DNA of 47,642 bases from Octopus bimaculoides (GCF_001194135.2 NC_069004.1:7373424-7421065), one strand, 5' to 3'. Positions 23,430 through 34,979 are shown, counted from the stretch's first letter. Notes: generated by a model from the letters alone, not told the origin. Made by a program: numbers and translations.

Positions 23430-23880
23430 ACCACAACCACCACTACTAGAACTACACTCACAAGTGCCATTAGTACCTCCACATCAACTACTACTCAGAT
23501 ATCATTACCATACCACCACCACCACCACCACCACCACCACCTATATTAAGACTGCTACCACGACTACCAGCTACTACTACTTCTACATTTAGTTTACTAT
23601 TGCAAGCACTATTACTACAAATACTGTTTCGAGCCACCACCACCACCACCACTACTACTACTACTAGTACATGTACTGCAACATTTAGTTTACTGTTACT
23701 ACATCTATTTCTACTACTGCCTCTGCTACTATTACCACCACCACTACTAGTATTAGAACTCCCATAACTACTATCAAGAACTACTACTACTACCACTACT
23801 ATACTACTACTACTACAACTACTACCACCACCACTACTACCACCACTACCAGTATTAGAACTCCCATCACCACTATCAAA

Positions 23881-23940
<60 letters not shown>

Positions 23941-23983
23941 CACTACTACTACTACCACTACTACCACTACTACTACCACTACC

Positions 23984-24061
<78 letters not shown>

Positions 24062-24073
24062 GCTGCTGCTGCT
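23430..24073. repeat. Compound (CTA)n/(CCA)n microsatellite ending in (CTG)n
   Basis: Direct reading; internal duplications such as agtattagaactccca x2. Confidence 0.95.
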
Positions 24074-24659
24074 GTTTGCAGAAGTTAATCTCGGTGAGTT
24101 TGTTGAAGAATTAATTTATATTAAAATCTGAGTTTTACCATTTTTCCAGAAATGGTTTCTAGACGCTTCAACATGCCACAAAGACGACAGTTTTCTACAA
24201 ATTGGTGAGATGGTGCGTAACGACTGTATATTGAATATGCACTCTGCATGCAAACCGGCGTGCATCCGTTTTAAACATAACTGCATCTCTGTGCATCTGG
24301 TTTTTTTTATTGTTTTTTTTTTTTGCTGCATTTACCATTTTTCTCTTCTCGCCGTAACATTTCCTCTCAACAATAACAAAAAATGGTTCAGTAATTTCCC
24401 AACTAATGATGATTCTTTTAAATCTACCTCGTTTGTGTTTTGTCTCGTCTACTTGCTTCAGTCGTTGGGTTGTGGCCTTCCTGGAGCACCACCTTGATGG
24501 GTTTGAGTTGAACAGGTCAATCCCAGTGCTTGTCTTTTTGTAAGCCTGCTACTAATTCTATCAGTTTGTTTCGCCACACTGGTGAATTACCGGGATGTAA
24601 ACAAACCAGCACCGGTCATCAAGCAGTGGTGGAGAAGGCCACCATAGAGTGTGTGTGTA

Positions 24660-24841
24660 TATGCCGGTGGCACATAAAAGCACCCACTACACTCTCAGAG
24701 TGGTTGGCGTTAGGAAGGGCATCCAGCTGTAGAAACTCTGCCAGATCAGATTGGAGCCTGGTGCAGCCTCCAGGTCCACCTGTCCTCAGTAAAATCGTCC
24801 AACCCATGCTAGCATGGAAAGCAGACGTTGAACAACGATGA

Positions 24842-24845
<4 letters not shown>
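24660..24845 (+). mobile_element. RTE-type LINE 3' end
   Basis: gccggtggcacataaaagcaccc...ggaagggcatcc...gacgttgaacaacgatgatga. Confidence 0.8.
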
Positions 24846-24879
<34 letters not shown>

Positions 24880-24883
24880 AAGG

Positions 24884-24998
24884 CATGTGGCTTAGTGGTT
24901 AGGCTGTTACACTCACGATTGCTAGATTGTGAGTTCGATTCCCTGACTGGGCGGCACATTGTGTTCTTGAGCTAAACACTTCATTTCACGTTGTTCTA
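24884..24998 (+). mobile_element. tRNA-headed SINE family D head
   Basis: A-box gtggcttagtggtt, B-box gagttcgattccc, then ttgtgttcttgagctaaacacttc. Confidence 0.7.
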
Positions 24999-25239
24999 GC
25001 CCCCCTCCCCTCGATCGGTGGGGGTTGTTGGCATGCTCGTGTTTGAAGCAAAATTAAGTGAAAAGCTCTTAAAATATATGGCAGAAGGTTTTAATTTGAA
25101 GGGGAATCTTTTAAAACAAAAGGTCCTGGGCCAGATGTGATGTCAGCTGGTCCCAAAAAGGGTCAACTTTTGCATTCTATTTACACTCTTCATCTGTCGA
25201 CTTGTTAATACGTCACCTGGCGTGTAGAGTCTATTAACG

Positions 25240-25244
25240 TTTTA

Positions 25245-25305
<61 letters not shown>

Positions 25306-25707
25306 TCTCTCTTTCCTCCTTATTCTTGTGTGTTTCTTGTTGTCTGTCTATCTATATGCTTGTCTCTCTCGTCTATCTGTCTCTCTGTCTCTGCTTGTAT
25401 GTTTCCTGCTGTCTGTCTCGTTCTGTCTCTCTGCTTGTATGTCTCCTGCTGTCTGTCTCGTTCTGTCTCTCTGTCTCTCTGCTTTTATGTCTCCAGCTGT
25501 CTGTCTCGTTCTGTCACTCTGTCTCTCTGCTTGTATGTCTCCTGCTGTCTGTCTCGTTCTGTCTCTCTGTCTCTCTGCTTTTATGTCTCCAGCTGTTTGT
25601 CTTGTTCTGTCTCTCATTCTCTCCCTCCCCCTCTCTCTGTGTCTGTCTCTGTCTCTGGTTTGTCTTCTGTCTGTCTGTCTCTCTCACTTTCTGTTTTGAT
25701 ATATGTA

Positions 25708-25755
<48 letters not shown>

Positions 25756-25790
25756 CATCTGCTTGCCTGACTGTCTGTCAGTCTCACACA
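25240..25790. repeat. (CT)n tracts enclosing a 48-nt pyrimidine-rich minisatellite (25388-25610)
   Basis: Unit tctctgcttgtatgtctcctgctgtctgtctcgttctgtctctctgtc about 5 times. Confidence 0.9.
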
Positions 25791-25869
25791 TTACTATGCC
25801 TATGTTATGAATTTTGTTACTTTCATTCTCTGATTTTGTTGCTTGATTTCTCTGTAATGGGGGAGGGAG

Positions 25870-26160
25870 TCTAGGTGGGCGTGGCATTGGTTAGCTGGGT
25901 GTTGGCAATGTTAGCCTGGCAGGTGTGGGGTTGACTAGTTGGGTGCAGCATTGACCTGGCAGGTATGGTGTTGGCCTGGCAGTTGTGTCGTTGGCCTGCT
26001 GGTGTGGCATCAGTCAGGTAGGTGTGGGGTCGACCAGGTGGATGCACCATTGGCTGGGTGGATGTGGCAATGGCCACACAAATGTGGGGGTTGACCAGGT
26101 GGGTACAGCGTCAGCCGGGCAGGTGTAGTGATGGTCAGGTGGATCTGGTGTTATTCCACC
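25870..26160. repeat. Degenerate G-rich ~20-nt tandem repeat
   Basis: Recurring caggtgtggggttgacc / ggtgcagcattgacctgg units. Confidence 0.7.
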
Positions 26161-26715
26161 AACTCCTCAAATTTGTGCTTATTACTTCAAATTGTCTGGG
26201 GGAGTGGAATTTGGTCAGTGGAAACTATGTAGAAGCCCATTGTGACTGTGTGTATATGTGTGTTGTTGATGTATAACCACAAAAAAATATAACACCAAAG
26301 ACAAACTGGTAAACCAGAATATTCCCACCACTTCCGTAAACACCCTGTGGCATTTCTTCCTCCCGAATTATACAGACAATCCCTTGTGTTCTTATTATAA
26401 ACACAGTGAACCCCAGTGACTATCACTGTAGATCTTGTAATGACCAAGTGTACATAATTCAAGGCCTATAGAATGGAGTCAAGGCACAGCTCTTGGTTCT
26501 ATACAAGGTTTGGGGGATTGATGGGGGGGGGGATAGCAGGCAGTAACCCTGTTTCTTGTAGGGTATCTTTCGGTTGGAGACCCCCCCCACCCCCAGTATC
26601 AATGTTTGTCTTTAGGTCCATGGCACTTGAGGTATGGGTGTTTTTTTTTGTTTTTTTTAACCATTTACTGTCAGGGATGAGGGACACTTGGAGCACAGGT
26701 TATCAAAAGATAATG

Positions 26716-27117
26716 GAGGTGTGGCTGGGTGGTAAGTAGCTTGCTTCCCAACCACATGGTCCTGGGTTCGGTCCCTCTGCGTGGCACCTTGGGCAAGTGT
26801 CTTCTACTATAGCTTCGGGCCGACCAAAGCCTTGTGAGTGGATTTGATAGCTGGAAACTGAAAGAAGCCCATCGTGTATATATGTGTGTATGTGTTTGTT
26901 TTTGTGTCTGTGTTTGTTCCCCACCCCCACTTGACAACTGGTGTTGTGTTTATGTCCCTGTGGCTTAGCAGTTTGGCAAAAGAGACCGATAGAATATGTA
27001 CCAGGCTTTTAATAAACCCAAAAATAAATGCTGGGGGTCAATTCATTTGACTACATATTCTTTGAGCCAGTGCCCCAGTATGGCCACAGTCTAATGACTG
27101 AAGTAAGCTAAAGAGTA
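26716..27117 (+). mobile_element. SINE family A, full length
   Basis: Head, core and tail all present. Confidence 0.85.
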
Positions 27118-27129
27118 CATAGAATGTTA

Positions 27130-27655
27130 GACGTTGCTGATGGTGGTGGCGGCGGCTATGTTAGTGTTACTGTTAATAGCAGCAGTGGTGGTGGTGGTGT
27201 TGATAGTTTAGGTGGCAGTGTTAGTGGTGAGGCTGTTGAGACAGGTCGCCGGTGGGATTAGTGATTGTGGTGGCAGTGATATTTGGTTACCACTCTATTG
27301 GTGGTGACGGTAGTAGTAGTAATAGCAGTGGTGATGGTGGTGGTGGTAGTAGTAGTAGTAGTAGTAATGGTGGTGGTAGTAGTAGTAGTAATGGTGGTGA
27401 TGGTGGTGGTGGTGGTGGTGGTAGTAGTAGTAGTAGTAGTAATAGCAGTGATGATGGTGGTGGTGGTAGTAGTAGTAGTAATGGTGGTGGTGGTAGTAGT
27501 AGTAGTAGTAGTGGTGATGGTGGTGGTGGTAGTAGTAGTAATAGCAGTGGTGGTGGTGGTAGTAGTAGTAGTAATGGTGGTGGTGGTGGTAGTAGTAGTA
27601 GTAGTAATGGTGGTGGTGGTGGTGGTGGTAGTAGTAGTAATGGTGGTGGTGATGG
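27130..27655. repeat. Compound (TAG)n/(TGG)n microsatellite
   Basis: Direct reading; reverse-complement type of 23430-24073. Confidence 0.95.
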
Positions 27656-27723
27656 CTTGTGTGCTGGCACGGTGTGTTACAGAAAAAAAAGCTAAATGTC
27701 TGTAAATGTCTCCTTTCTTTCAG

Positions 27724-27840
27724 GGAGATTGTGACCCTGACTATGGTGCTAAGTTTGTATTCAAGGATCACGAGAAGGAATTGGTTGTTGGCGAAATCTT
27801 TGTGCGTGTCTACAATGAGCAACCCACTTTTGTACTTGAG
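27724..27840 (+). CDS. DNAJC13: DNAJC13 exon (GDCDPDYG...[18 protein letters not shown])
   Basis: tttcag| ... gag|gtatgt; 39 codons. Confidence 0.96.
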
Positions 27841-28256
27841 GTATGTGCAGTTTCAAATCTCATGCGTACCTCTCCTCTATATTTTGTTTTTTTTTTTAAT
27901 TAAAAATAAAAAATATGATATTGTTATTAAGATGATGAGCTGGCAGAATCACTAGCACGCTCAGCAAAATGCTTGGCGGCATTGTGTTTATTATAGTAGA
28001 AAGAATTATTAAAGACAGTGAGGTGACAGAATTGTTAGCACATGGAACCAAATGCTCAGCAGTATGTGTTTCCACTGTTAAAATTCCGAGTTCAAATTCC
28101 ACTGTGGTCGACTAAATAAAATACCAGGGTCAACCATAGAAAATCTGCCTTGGTGAATTTGCAAGCGTGTAAAAGTGGATATTAAATGGTGTACACACAC
28201 ACACACACACACGATCTGACCTTTAGATTAACTCTTTCTTTCTTTTCTTTTTCCAG

Positions 28257-28310
28257 AACCCCAAAGGTTTTACAATTGACCTTTTAGACTTCCTTGGTTC
28301 TGAAGCTCAG
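28257..28310 (+). CDS. DNAJC13: DNAJC13 exon (NPKGFTIDLLDFLGSEAQ)
   Basis: ttccag| ... cag|gtaaat; 18 codons. Confidence 0.92.
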
Positions 28311-29120
28311 GTAAATATATAATATATTTTTATGTATTTTCTTATAATCACCTGCTATTATAACAGCCAGGCATGGCTGCATAGTAAGAAGTTTGCTTCT
28401 CAACCACTATGTGGCACCTTGGGCAAAGGTTTTCTATATAACCCCAGGCCAAACAAACACCTTGTGAGTGGATTTGGTTGTGGAAACTGCATGGAAGCCT
28501 GTTGTATGTGTGTTACATTTCTTGATCATTTCTTAAAACTCAGTAATTATATTTATGATATGATGTCATTCTGCATGCTGATTTTAAACCATTTCCTTTC
28601 TTCAGTATTTGCATTCCTTAATGATTTCTTTATTAAAGCCTTGGTAATTATAATTAAATTAACTTTAATTATAAGTAAATTAACTTTAACTGTACTTGAG
28701 AAGATCTGCCCACCACAACAGAATTGAAATTCTAAATCCAAGGCGCCACATGAAAAACATTGATGTGGTTGCTGGTGCCACTGGAAATGCACTGGTAATG
28801 CTGTCATGAAAAAAGCGCCCAGTACACTCTGTAGAGTGGTTGGTATTAATATTTGTGTGTCTGTGTTTGTCCCCCAACATCACTTGACAACCGATGCTGG
28901 TGTGTTTACGTCCCCGTAACTTAGCGGTTTGGCAAAAGAGACCGATAGAATAAGTACTAGGCTTACAAAGAATGTCCTGGGGTCGATTTGCTCGACTAAA
29001 GGCGGTGCTCCAGCATGGCCACAGTCAAATGACTGAAACAAGTAAAAGAGTATAACTAAGATATGCTGCAATTGTGTTATCCAATGCTTAATACCATTTC
29101 AATGATTTTTGTTTTTTCAG

Positions 29121-29253
29121 TATCTGTACTCTTTGATGGCTCTTCAGCAACAAAACCGTAACTTTGGCAGTGGACAGGGAAGTACGAGTGACCGATTAAA
29201 GAATGTTGAAATGGCCCTGGAAGCTTTGAGAAATGTGATAAAAAATAATCCTG
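29121..29253 (+). CDS. DNAJC13: DNAJC13 exon (YLYSLMAL...VEMALEALRNVIKNNP)
   Basis: tttcag| ... g|gttagt; phase 0-1. Confidence 0.94.
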
Positions 29254-29539
29254 GTTAGTAGTGATAAAGATAATTCCATTCCTGTATTGTTTGTCCTTAA
29301 AGTTTGTTTTGATTGGTTTCTGAGTTTTGGTCTCTGATGATGGGAACATGCTATGACTGTGGCCAAGAGGTTTGTTTTGCATACATGTTGGTCCTGGGTT
29401 CAATTCCACTGAGCGGTACCTAGGGCAAATCTATCCGATCATATCCTTGTATTGATCAATGCTTGATATGTGAGTGAAGTGAAATTTGGTTGACGGAAAC
29501 TGTGCAGAAGCTTGTCAAAGTTATATATTTATGTATATG

Positions 29540-29618
29540 CAGAAGTGGCTGTGGTAAGAAGTTTGCTTCCCAACCACATGGTTCCGGGTTCAGTCCTACT
29601 GCGTGGTACCTTGGGCAA

Positions 29619-29672
<54 letters not shown>

Positions 29673-29925
29673 ATAGATGAGTGTATGTATATTTGTGTGA
29701 GAATGTTTGTGTGTTTGAGTTTCTTTGTTTGTGAGACACTGTAGTGGTTGTAAACGAGTGTCACCATCATACAAGCATTATTCATATGAAATATTTTGTG
29801 AGAACATGTCTGGTCACGAGCAAGGGCTGGCGAGAAGGGCACCTGGCTGTTGAAAATCTCCCTCAATTCCGCCCGACCCATACAGGCATGTAGAAGTGGA
29901 TGTCAAAAGCAATGATGTTGTTGTA
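29540..29925 (+). mobile_element. SINE A variant: family A head joined to a LINE-like ggaagggca...(GAT) tail
   Basis: Same head as family A; the 3' part matches 1760-1990 and 21130-21260 instead. Confidence 0.65.
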
Positions 29926-30172
29926 GCATCTGATCTTCCATAGAAAAGCTCTCCAGCATGGCCACGACCTTTGACCGAGACAAATAAAAGACCTGCATCT
30001 TGGATCTTGAAGGGAAACTTTTCTTGAGACAGATCTGTATTGTTAACACGGCATACAGAGACCGTTCTTTCGCACCGCCACGACCAGGAAATTAATTTTT
30101 TTCTGTAAAATATCTTGAAACTAAAATTACCTATTTTTATCCTTTTCTTTTTTCCATCCTTTTGTATTTCAG

Positions 30173-30264
30173 GTGTTGAAATTCAGTGTATTGGACATTT
30201 TAAATTGTTGTTCTCCCTGCTGCGACTTGAGAACTGTGCTAAACTACAGCAGTGTACACTTGAG
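30173..30264 (+). CDS. DNAJC13: DNAJC13 exon (GVEIQCIGHFKLLFSLL...CTLE)
   Basis: tttcag| ... gag|gtcagt; phase 1-0. Confidence 0.95.
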
Positions 30265-30510
30265 GTCAGTCTGAAGGAGAGCTCTTTATTTTATATCTCA
30301 TGTATCAGGGAACAACTGTGTTAGACCTTTCACATTCACGATTATGCCTCTCAGATGTAATGCTGTATTAAGTACCGGTAGAACAATGGGGTCAATGCAT
30401 TCGACACACTCCCTCTCCTAAAATTATTGGCTTTGTGCCAAAATTTCAAACCATTATTATTATCATCATCATCATTATTATTATTATTATTATTTTCTTT
30501 TCCCATACAG

Positions 30511-30610
30511 GTGATCAACAGTGTGACTTCCAACCAGGAATGCGTGAATGATATTGCAGCTTCTGAGATCCTCTCCTATCTCTTACTTGCCATTCAGGGA
30601 TTACCTCAAT
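30511..30610 (+). CDS. DNAJC13: DNAJC13 exon (VINSVTSNQECVNDIA...QGLPQ)
   Basis: atacag| ... t|gtaagc; phase 0-1. Confidence 0.95.
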
Positions 30611-30977
30611 GTAAGCGCATTATTTCCTCAACTCAGCCGTAGCCTACCATCCTTGTAGAGTTTAAATGTACCAGTCATATGCTGGGGTCCAATGATATCA
30701 ACTGTTCATCCATCCTCCAAATTTCTGGTCTTGTAACCTCACCCACTGTTTTTTTTTTAGAAACCATTATTGCCTAATGGCAGCATAGGAAAGATCTAAT
30801 CCCTCCATTTTATACATCTTCTGAAAATGTGATTTCTCATGTTTTAAGCATAGCTAATCCTCCCTTGGATTAAATAAGAAAAGCATTAACCTTCATTTAC
30901 ATTACAAAAAAAAAAAAAAAAAATTTAATCCCTTTTACATTGAAAATACAAGACTAAACCCTCCCTTACATTTTATC

Positions 30978-31275
30978 TTTTACTTGTTTCAGTCATTAGA
31001 CTGTGGCCATGCTGGGGCACCACCTTGAATAATTGTCTTAGTTGAATGAACCGACTCCAGTACTTATTTGTTTTTAAAGCCTGGTATTTATTTTATTGGT
31101 CTTGTTTTGCTGAACTGCTTAGTGACGGGGATGTAAACACACCAACACCAGTTGTCACTTGTTGGTAGCGGACAAACAAGACACACACATTGGTGAACGC
31201 CGCCATGTCTATAGAAGGTACTTGTTGAAGGTGGTGCCATGCAGTGGGACTGAACCTGAAACCATGTGGTTACAT
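30978..31275 (-). mobile_element. SINE family A, degenerate
   Basis: ttttacttgtttcagtcattagactgtggccatgctgggg...gtgggactgaacc. Confidence 0.75.
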
Positions 31276-31314
31276 AGTTAGCTTCATAATTTTCTTAATT
31301 TTTTTGTTCTTCAG

Positions 31315-31389
31315 GTCATCTGCTGATATTAGAAAGTTTGTTTGCTTTGATGTCAAACACAAAAATTGTGAAAGAAGCTTTATCGAAAG
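31315..31389 (+). CDS. DNAJC13: DNAJC13 exon (CHLLILESLFALMSNTKIVKEALSK)
   Basis: cttcag| ... g|gtttgt; phase 1-1; absent from the ORF track in this frame but needed to keep homology. Confidence 0.92.
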
Positions 31390-31966
31390 GTTTGTGCACA
31401 AGCTTTTATATTTATGTTTCAGCATTTCCAAAGTGCCATTTTTTGATGGCATAAAAGACACATGGGCTATTTAGATGCACCCTGCCTAATTTCAGCTGCA
31501 CATGTGCTATTTAAATGCACCCTGCCCAATTTCAGCTGCACTTCTGCTGGGAGAAAAGGATTTTTATGTATTAATCTATTCATTACTGTATTCCTAACAA
31601 AATTACACTCCTTAATTGTTTTAATTAAATTCTAAAATAATCATGATATGCTGTGTCCTGGAGACATCTTATCAAAGTAAATAACACAGTATTCGGTGCT
31701 CTACAAAACATCCAGGTTAATTTTGACATAAAGATTGCCTTTTAATGTTAAAATGTTTCACTGTACACTTTCCTGACTTTTGTGCATAATTCTGTGTACT
31801 ATACGTGCACCTTTGATGAGTTATAGTGCACCTGAGCTATGTACACAATAATTTCATTATTATTTTGTCCCTCCCTTTGGAAATTTCGAATTGGTAATAA
31901 ATCCCTATCTTTTTGTCTGATTGTATTACAATTTGTATTTAACAAAAAAAAAATCTCTTTTTTCAG

Positions 31967-32167
31967 GAGCCCTTGTATATTTATTGGACCTGTTTTGCAA
32001 TTCGGTGAATCCGTTAGTCCGAGAGAAAACCTCGGAATTATTTGCAAAAATGTTGAGTGATAAATTAGTCGGCCCTAAGGTGCGGATTATTCTAGCCAAA
32101 TTTCTTCCTAATATTTTCATGGATGCGATGCGAGACTCTCCTGAAGCCAGTGTACATATGTTTGAAG
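31967..32167 (+). CDS. DNAJC13: DNAJC13 exon ([13 protein letters not shown]...GPKVRI...HMFE)
   Basis: tttcag| ... g|gtaaga; phase 1-1. Confidence 0.96.
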
Positions 32168-33177
32168 GTAAGATTTAAAAAGCCCCCTTTCTTTTTTTTT
32201 CCTCAAGCCCCCTTTCTTTTTTTTTCCTCAAGCCCTACACTATGTTGTGTAACCTTAAATAAGTGGTCAGCTCTGACCAAATTTTGATGACCATGACTTC
32301 ATTTGTTTGTGTTTTGGAGTGGTCGACAAGTCCATTTTTTGCCAAGCTACTGTCATAGAGACACTCCATATATGACAATCCTGTCATCTGGGATGTAGTT
32401 CACGTCAAAGTACATCATCGAATATGTCCGTCCTTCCTTTTCTTTCTTTTTTGTTTTTTTAATTTAAATGTCAGAGAGTGACTTCAAAGATTTCAGCTAC
32501 TATTTCTAGCAGGTTCCCCTCCAATCAATTAAAAATATCTTCTACAGGGCGATAACTCTAATGAAGAATGCCAGAGTAGCCTCCCCTGAAATATTAGCGC
32601 TAATGTGAGAAATTGGAGATATTTCCGTTTTAGTTACCATTAACTACGTTAAGAAATACGTGCATTTGATTATAAGGACGTGGTAGCCATGGCTGGAGAG
32701 ACTTGTGACCGCAGGTTTGCTGCTTAACCTGCGCACCAAACATATATCGTGTGCGTCTCTCTTTTTTCATATTTGTCATTGGACCATACATGTGAATTTG
32801 GGGCAGTGGTGGGATCTGCTCTAGGTGATGCTTTTTGGGGGAAGCTCTATTGGGTCTGCTGTGTAAACCTGTATAGAGGCCTGGAGGCCCAGGTACCTCT
32901 GAGGAGAGGACGGAAAACTCAGTATCTGCCCTAAGTGTTATATGTTCTAGCTACTCTACTGAGCCCTTGTCATACGCGCAGACATTTAAAAACAGTTATA
33001 TACACACATGCATACATTCACCAATACACAAACCCCAACAGACACACACATTCCAATACACATACTAAAACATACTCATAAACATATGCACCTATAAAGA
33101 TGCATTAAACACAAAAATACAGGCGCACACACATTGTATGCACACTTAGTAAACTATATGTATATTTCTATTTTCAG

Positions 33178-33259
33178 GAACACACGAGAACCCAGAGTTA
33201 ATCTGGAATGATGACGCCAGGGAGAAAGTCTGTGACTTAATCAAGAAACTTAAAGCTCA
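33178..33259 (+). CDS. DNAJC13: DNAJC13 exon (GTHENPELIWNDDAREKV...KAQ)
   Basis: tttcag| ... ca|gtaagt; phase 1-2; IWN motif. Confidence 0.95.
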
Positions 33260-33814
33260 GTAAGTTCTTATACATGCATATGTGCGTATGTATATATATT
33301 TTCACTCTTCGCATTGTCTATTATTATTATTATTGTTGTTGTACAAAATCTTCATTCATTGTCAGTCTGCCTGTAATCTCTCTACCACGCGCCCAACATC
33401 GTGTACCAGTAATTCACACTATCCACACCACATGGAGTTCTTACCTAATCCTTTCCTGCATATTTGATATAGCCATTTCCCGGATGGAAGCCAAATCTTG
33501 TTTCCTTTCCTTGCAAGGTGCCATGCATTGCTATTGAACTCAAGACCACATGGTCGAGAAGCATGCTTCTTAACCATAGAGCCATGCCTGTATATTTGTG
33601 TGTATGTGTTTCTACATGTACATAAGTGCTGGCGTGGCTGTGTGGTAAGAAGCTTGCTTCCCAATCACATGGTTCTGGGTTCAGTCCCACTGTGTGGCTG
33701 GATGTCCTTCCTAACCACTTTACAGAGTGTACTGGGTGCTTTTTACATGGCACCATCGCTAGTGCTTTTTACACACACACACACACATGTATGTATTGTC
33801 TCTTTCTATTGCAG

Positions 33815-34031
33815 ACATTATCGTGCCCAAAGAGACAACCCTGACACCAGATGGAGCCTCCCAGATGACTTTGCCATGGTTTACTCTGACGTGCAGGGAG
33901 AACTTGCGATCGGAGGTGTCTTCTTACGACTGTTCATTGCAAATCCCAGTTGGGTCCTACGGAAGCCTAAGGAATTTCTGACGGAGCTAATGGAGAAATG
34001 GGTTCGCCTTATTGAAGATAGATCCCCAGAT
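33815..34031 (+). CDS. DNAJC13: DNAJC13 exon (HYRAQRDNP...GGVFLRLFIANPSWVLRKP...RSPD)
   Basis: ttgcag| ... gat|gtaagt; phase 2-0. Confidence 0.96.
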
Positions 34032-34194
34032 GTAAGTTCCTTTCACTTATTGAACTGTGGTCATTGTTGTGGGGCTGTGTGTGCGTGTCACCTTCATGCT
34101 GGAGGATACACCATGTTGTTGGGTGCCACTTTCAAGTGGTCAGGGGTGTCGCCTTCATGTTGTTGTAGTTGTCTTCTGATATTCCTACTGTGGT

Positions 34195-34330
34195 AGCTTA
34201 CTGCATTATGATATCTTAGCTGTCTTATGACATCACTACTGTAACTTCTTAGCTGTGTTATGACATTGCTACTGTGACAGCTTAGTGTATTATGATCTCC
34301 TTACCACGGCATCTTACTACTTTGCTTTCA
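34195..34330. repeat. Short degenerate ~33-nt tandem repeat
   Basis: cttagctgtcttatgacatcactactgt recurring. Confidence 0.6.
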
Positions 34331-34681
34331 TATACACACACTCTCTACTTTACTGTGTCTTCAGTTCATTATTGAATTAGTCTTCTATTGTCCTATCAAA
34401 TGATAATCATAATTATTAGGCAACAATGAAGCCTCTACATTACTGCCTGTAAGAAATAGCAGCCAAATTCCACATGTAGCACCCATCTTTTTAAACGTCC
34501 ACATTGCATAATGTAGTCATAGATACTCTGTCTGGAAAATGAAAAGAAGACAGGTTAGTCATGGTTGGAATGCCTTTGAATATAGTTCAATTTGATCAGG
34601 GCCAACCTGGCACCAAAGCACATCATCATCATCATTTAATGGTCATCTTTCATTTATGTATTTTTCTTTTATTGTCCCCAG

Positions 34682-34861
34682 GGTGAAATTTTGGAGACAG
34701 TGACGATGGCACTGGTGTGCTTATTCCAATCACAGGTTGCGTTACTCGACCAAGTCCCTGGCCTTGGCTACATTCCCCATATATTCCAAGTGATGCATGC
34801 CAAAAACCCAGCTATACCCAAATCTGCCATTCAAATTCTTCACCAGCTGAGCAATAGTGAG
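34682..34861 (+). CDS. DNAJC13: DNAJC13 exon (GEILETVTMAL...LSNSE)
   Basis: cccag| ... gag|gtaagt; 60 codons. Confidence 0.95.
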
Positions 34862-34979
34862 GTAAGTAATGTTCTCTCTCTCTCTTTCTGATTGACTCTT
34901 CTTTCATGTATGACAGTATAACAAAAACTAAATCAGTTGACGAATTGCGAGTAAAGTTCAGTTTTCTCTCTGACATGTT

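Noticed and set aside
23491-24021. Poly-Val / Gly-Ser ORF (176 aa, minus)
   Set aside because: Translation of a triplet microsatellite; no splice or homology support
25326-25874. Cys/Leu/Ser-rich ORFs in three frames
   Set aside because: Pyrimidine minisatellite that lacks stop codons by composition
27252-27822. Overlapping poly-Gly/Ser, poly-Val, poly-Leu/Pro and poly-His/Tyr ORFs
   Set aside because: All are frames of the (TAG/TGG)n tract
30611-31966. Apparent missing DNAJC13 exon in the ORF track
   Set aside because: Found by hand at 31315-31389; the frame chains correctly
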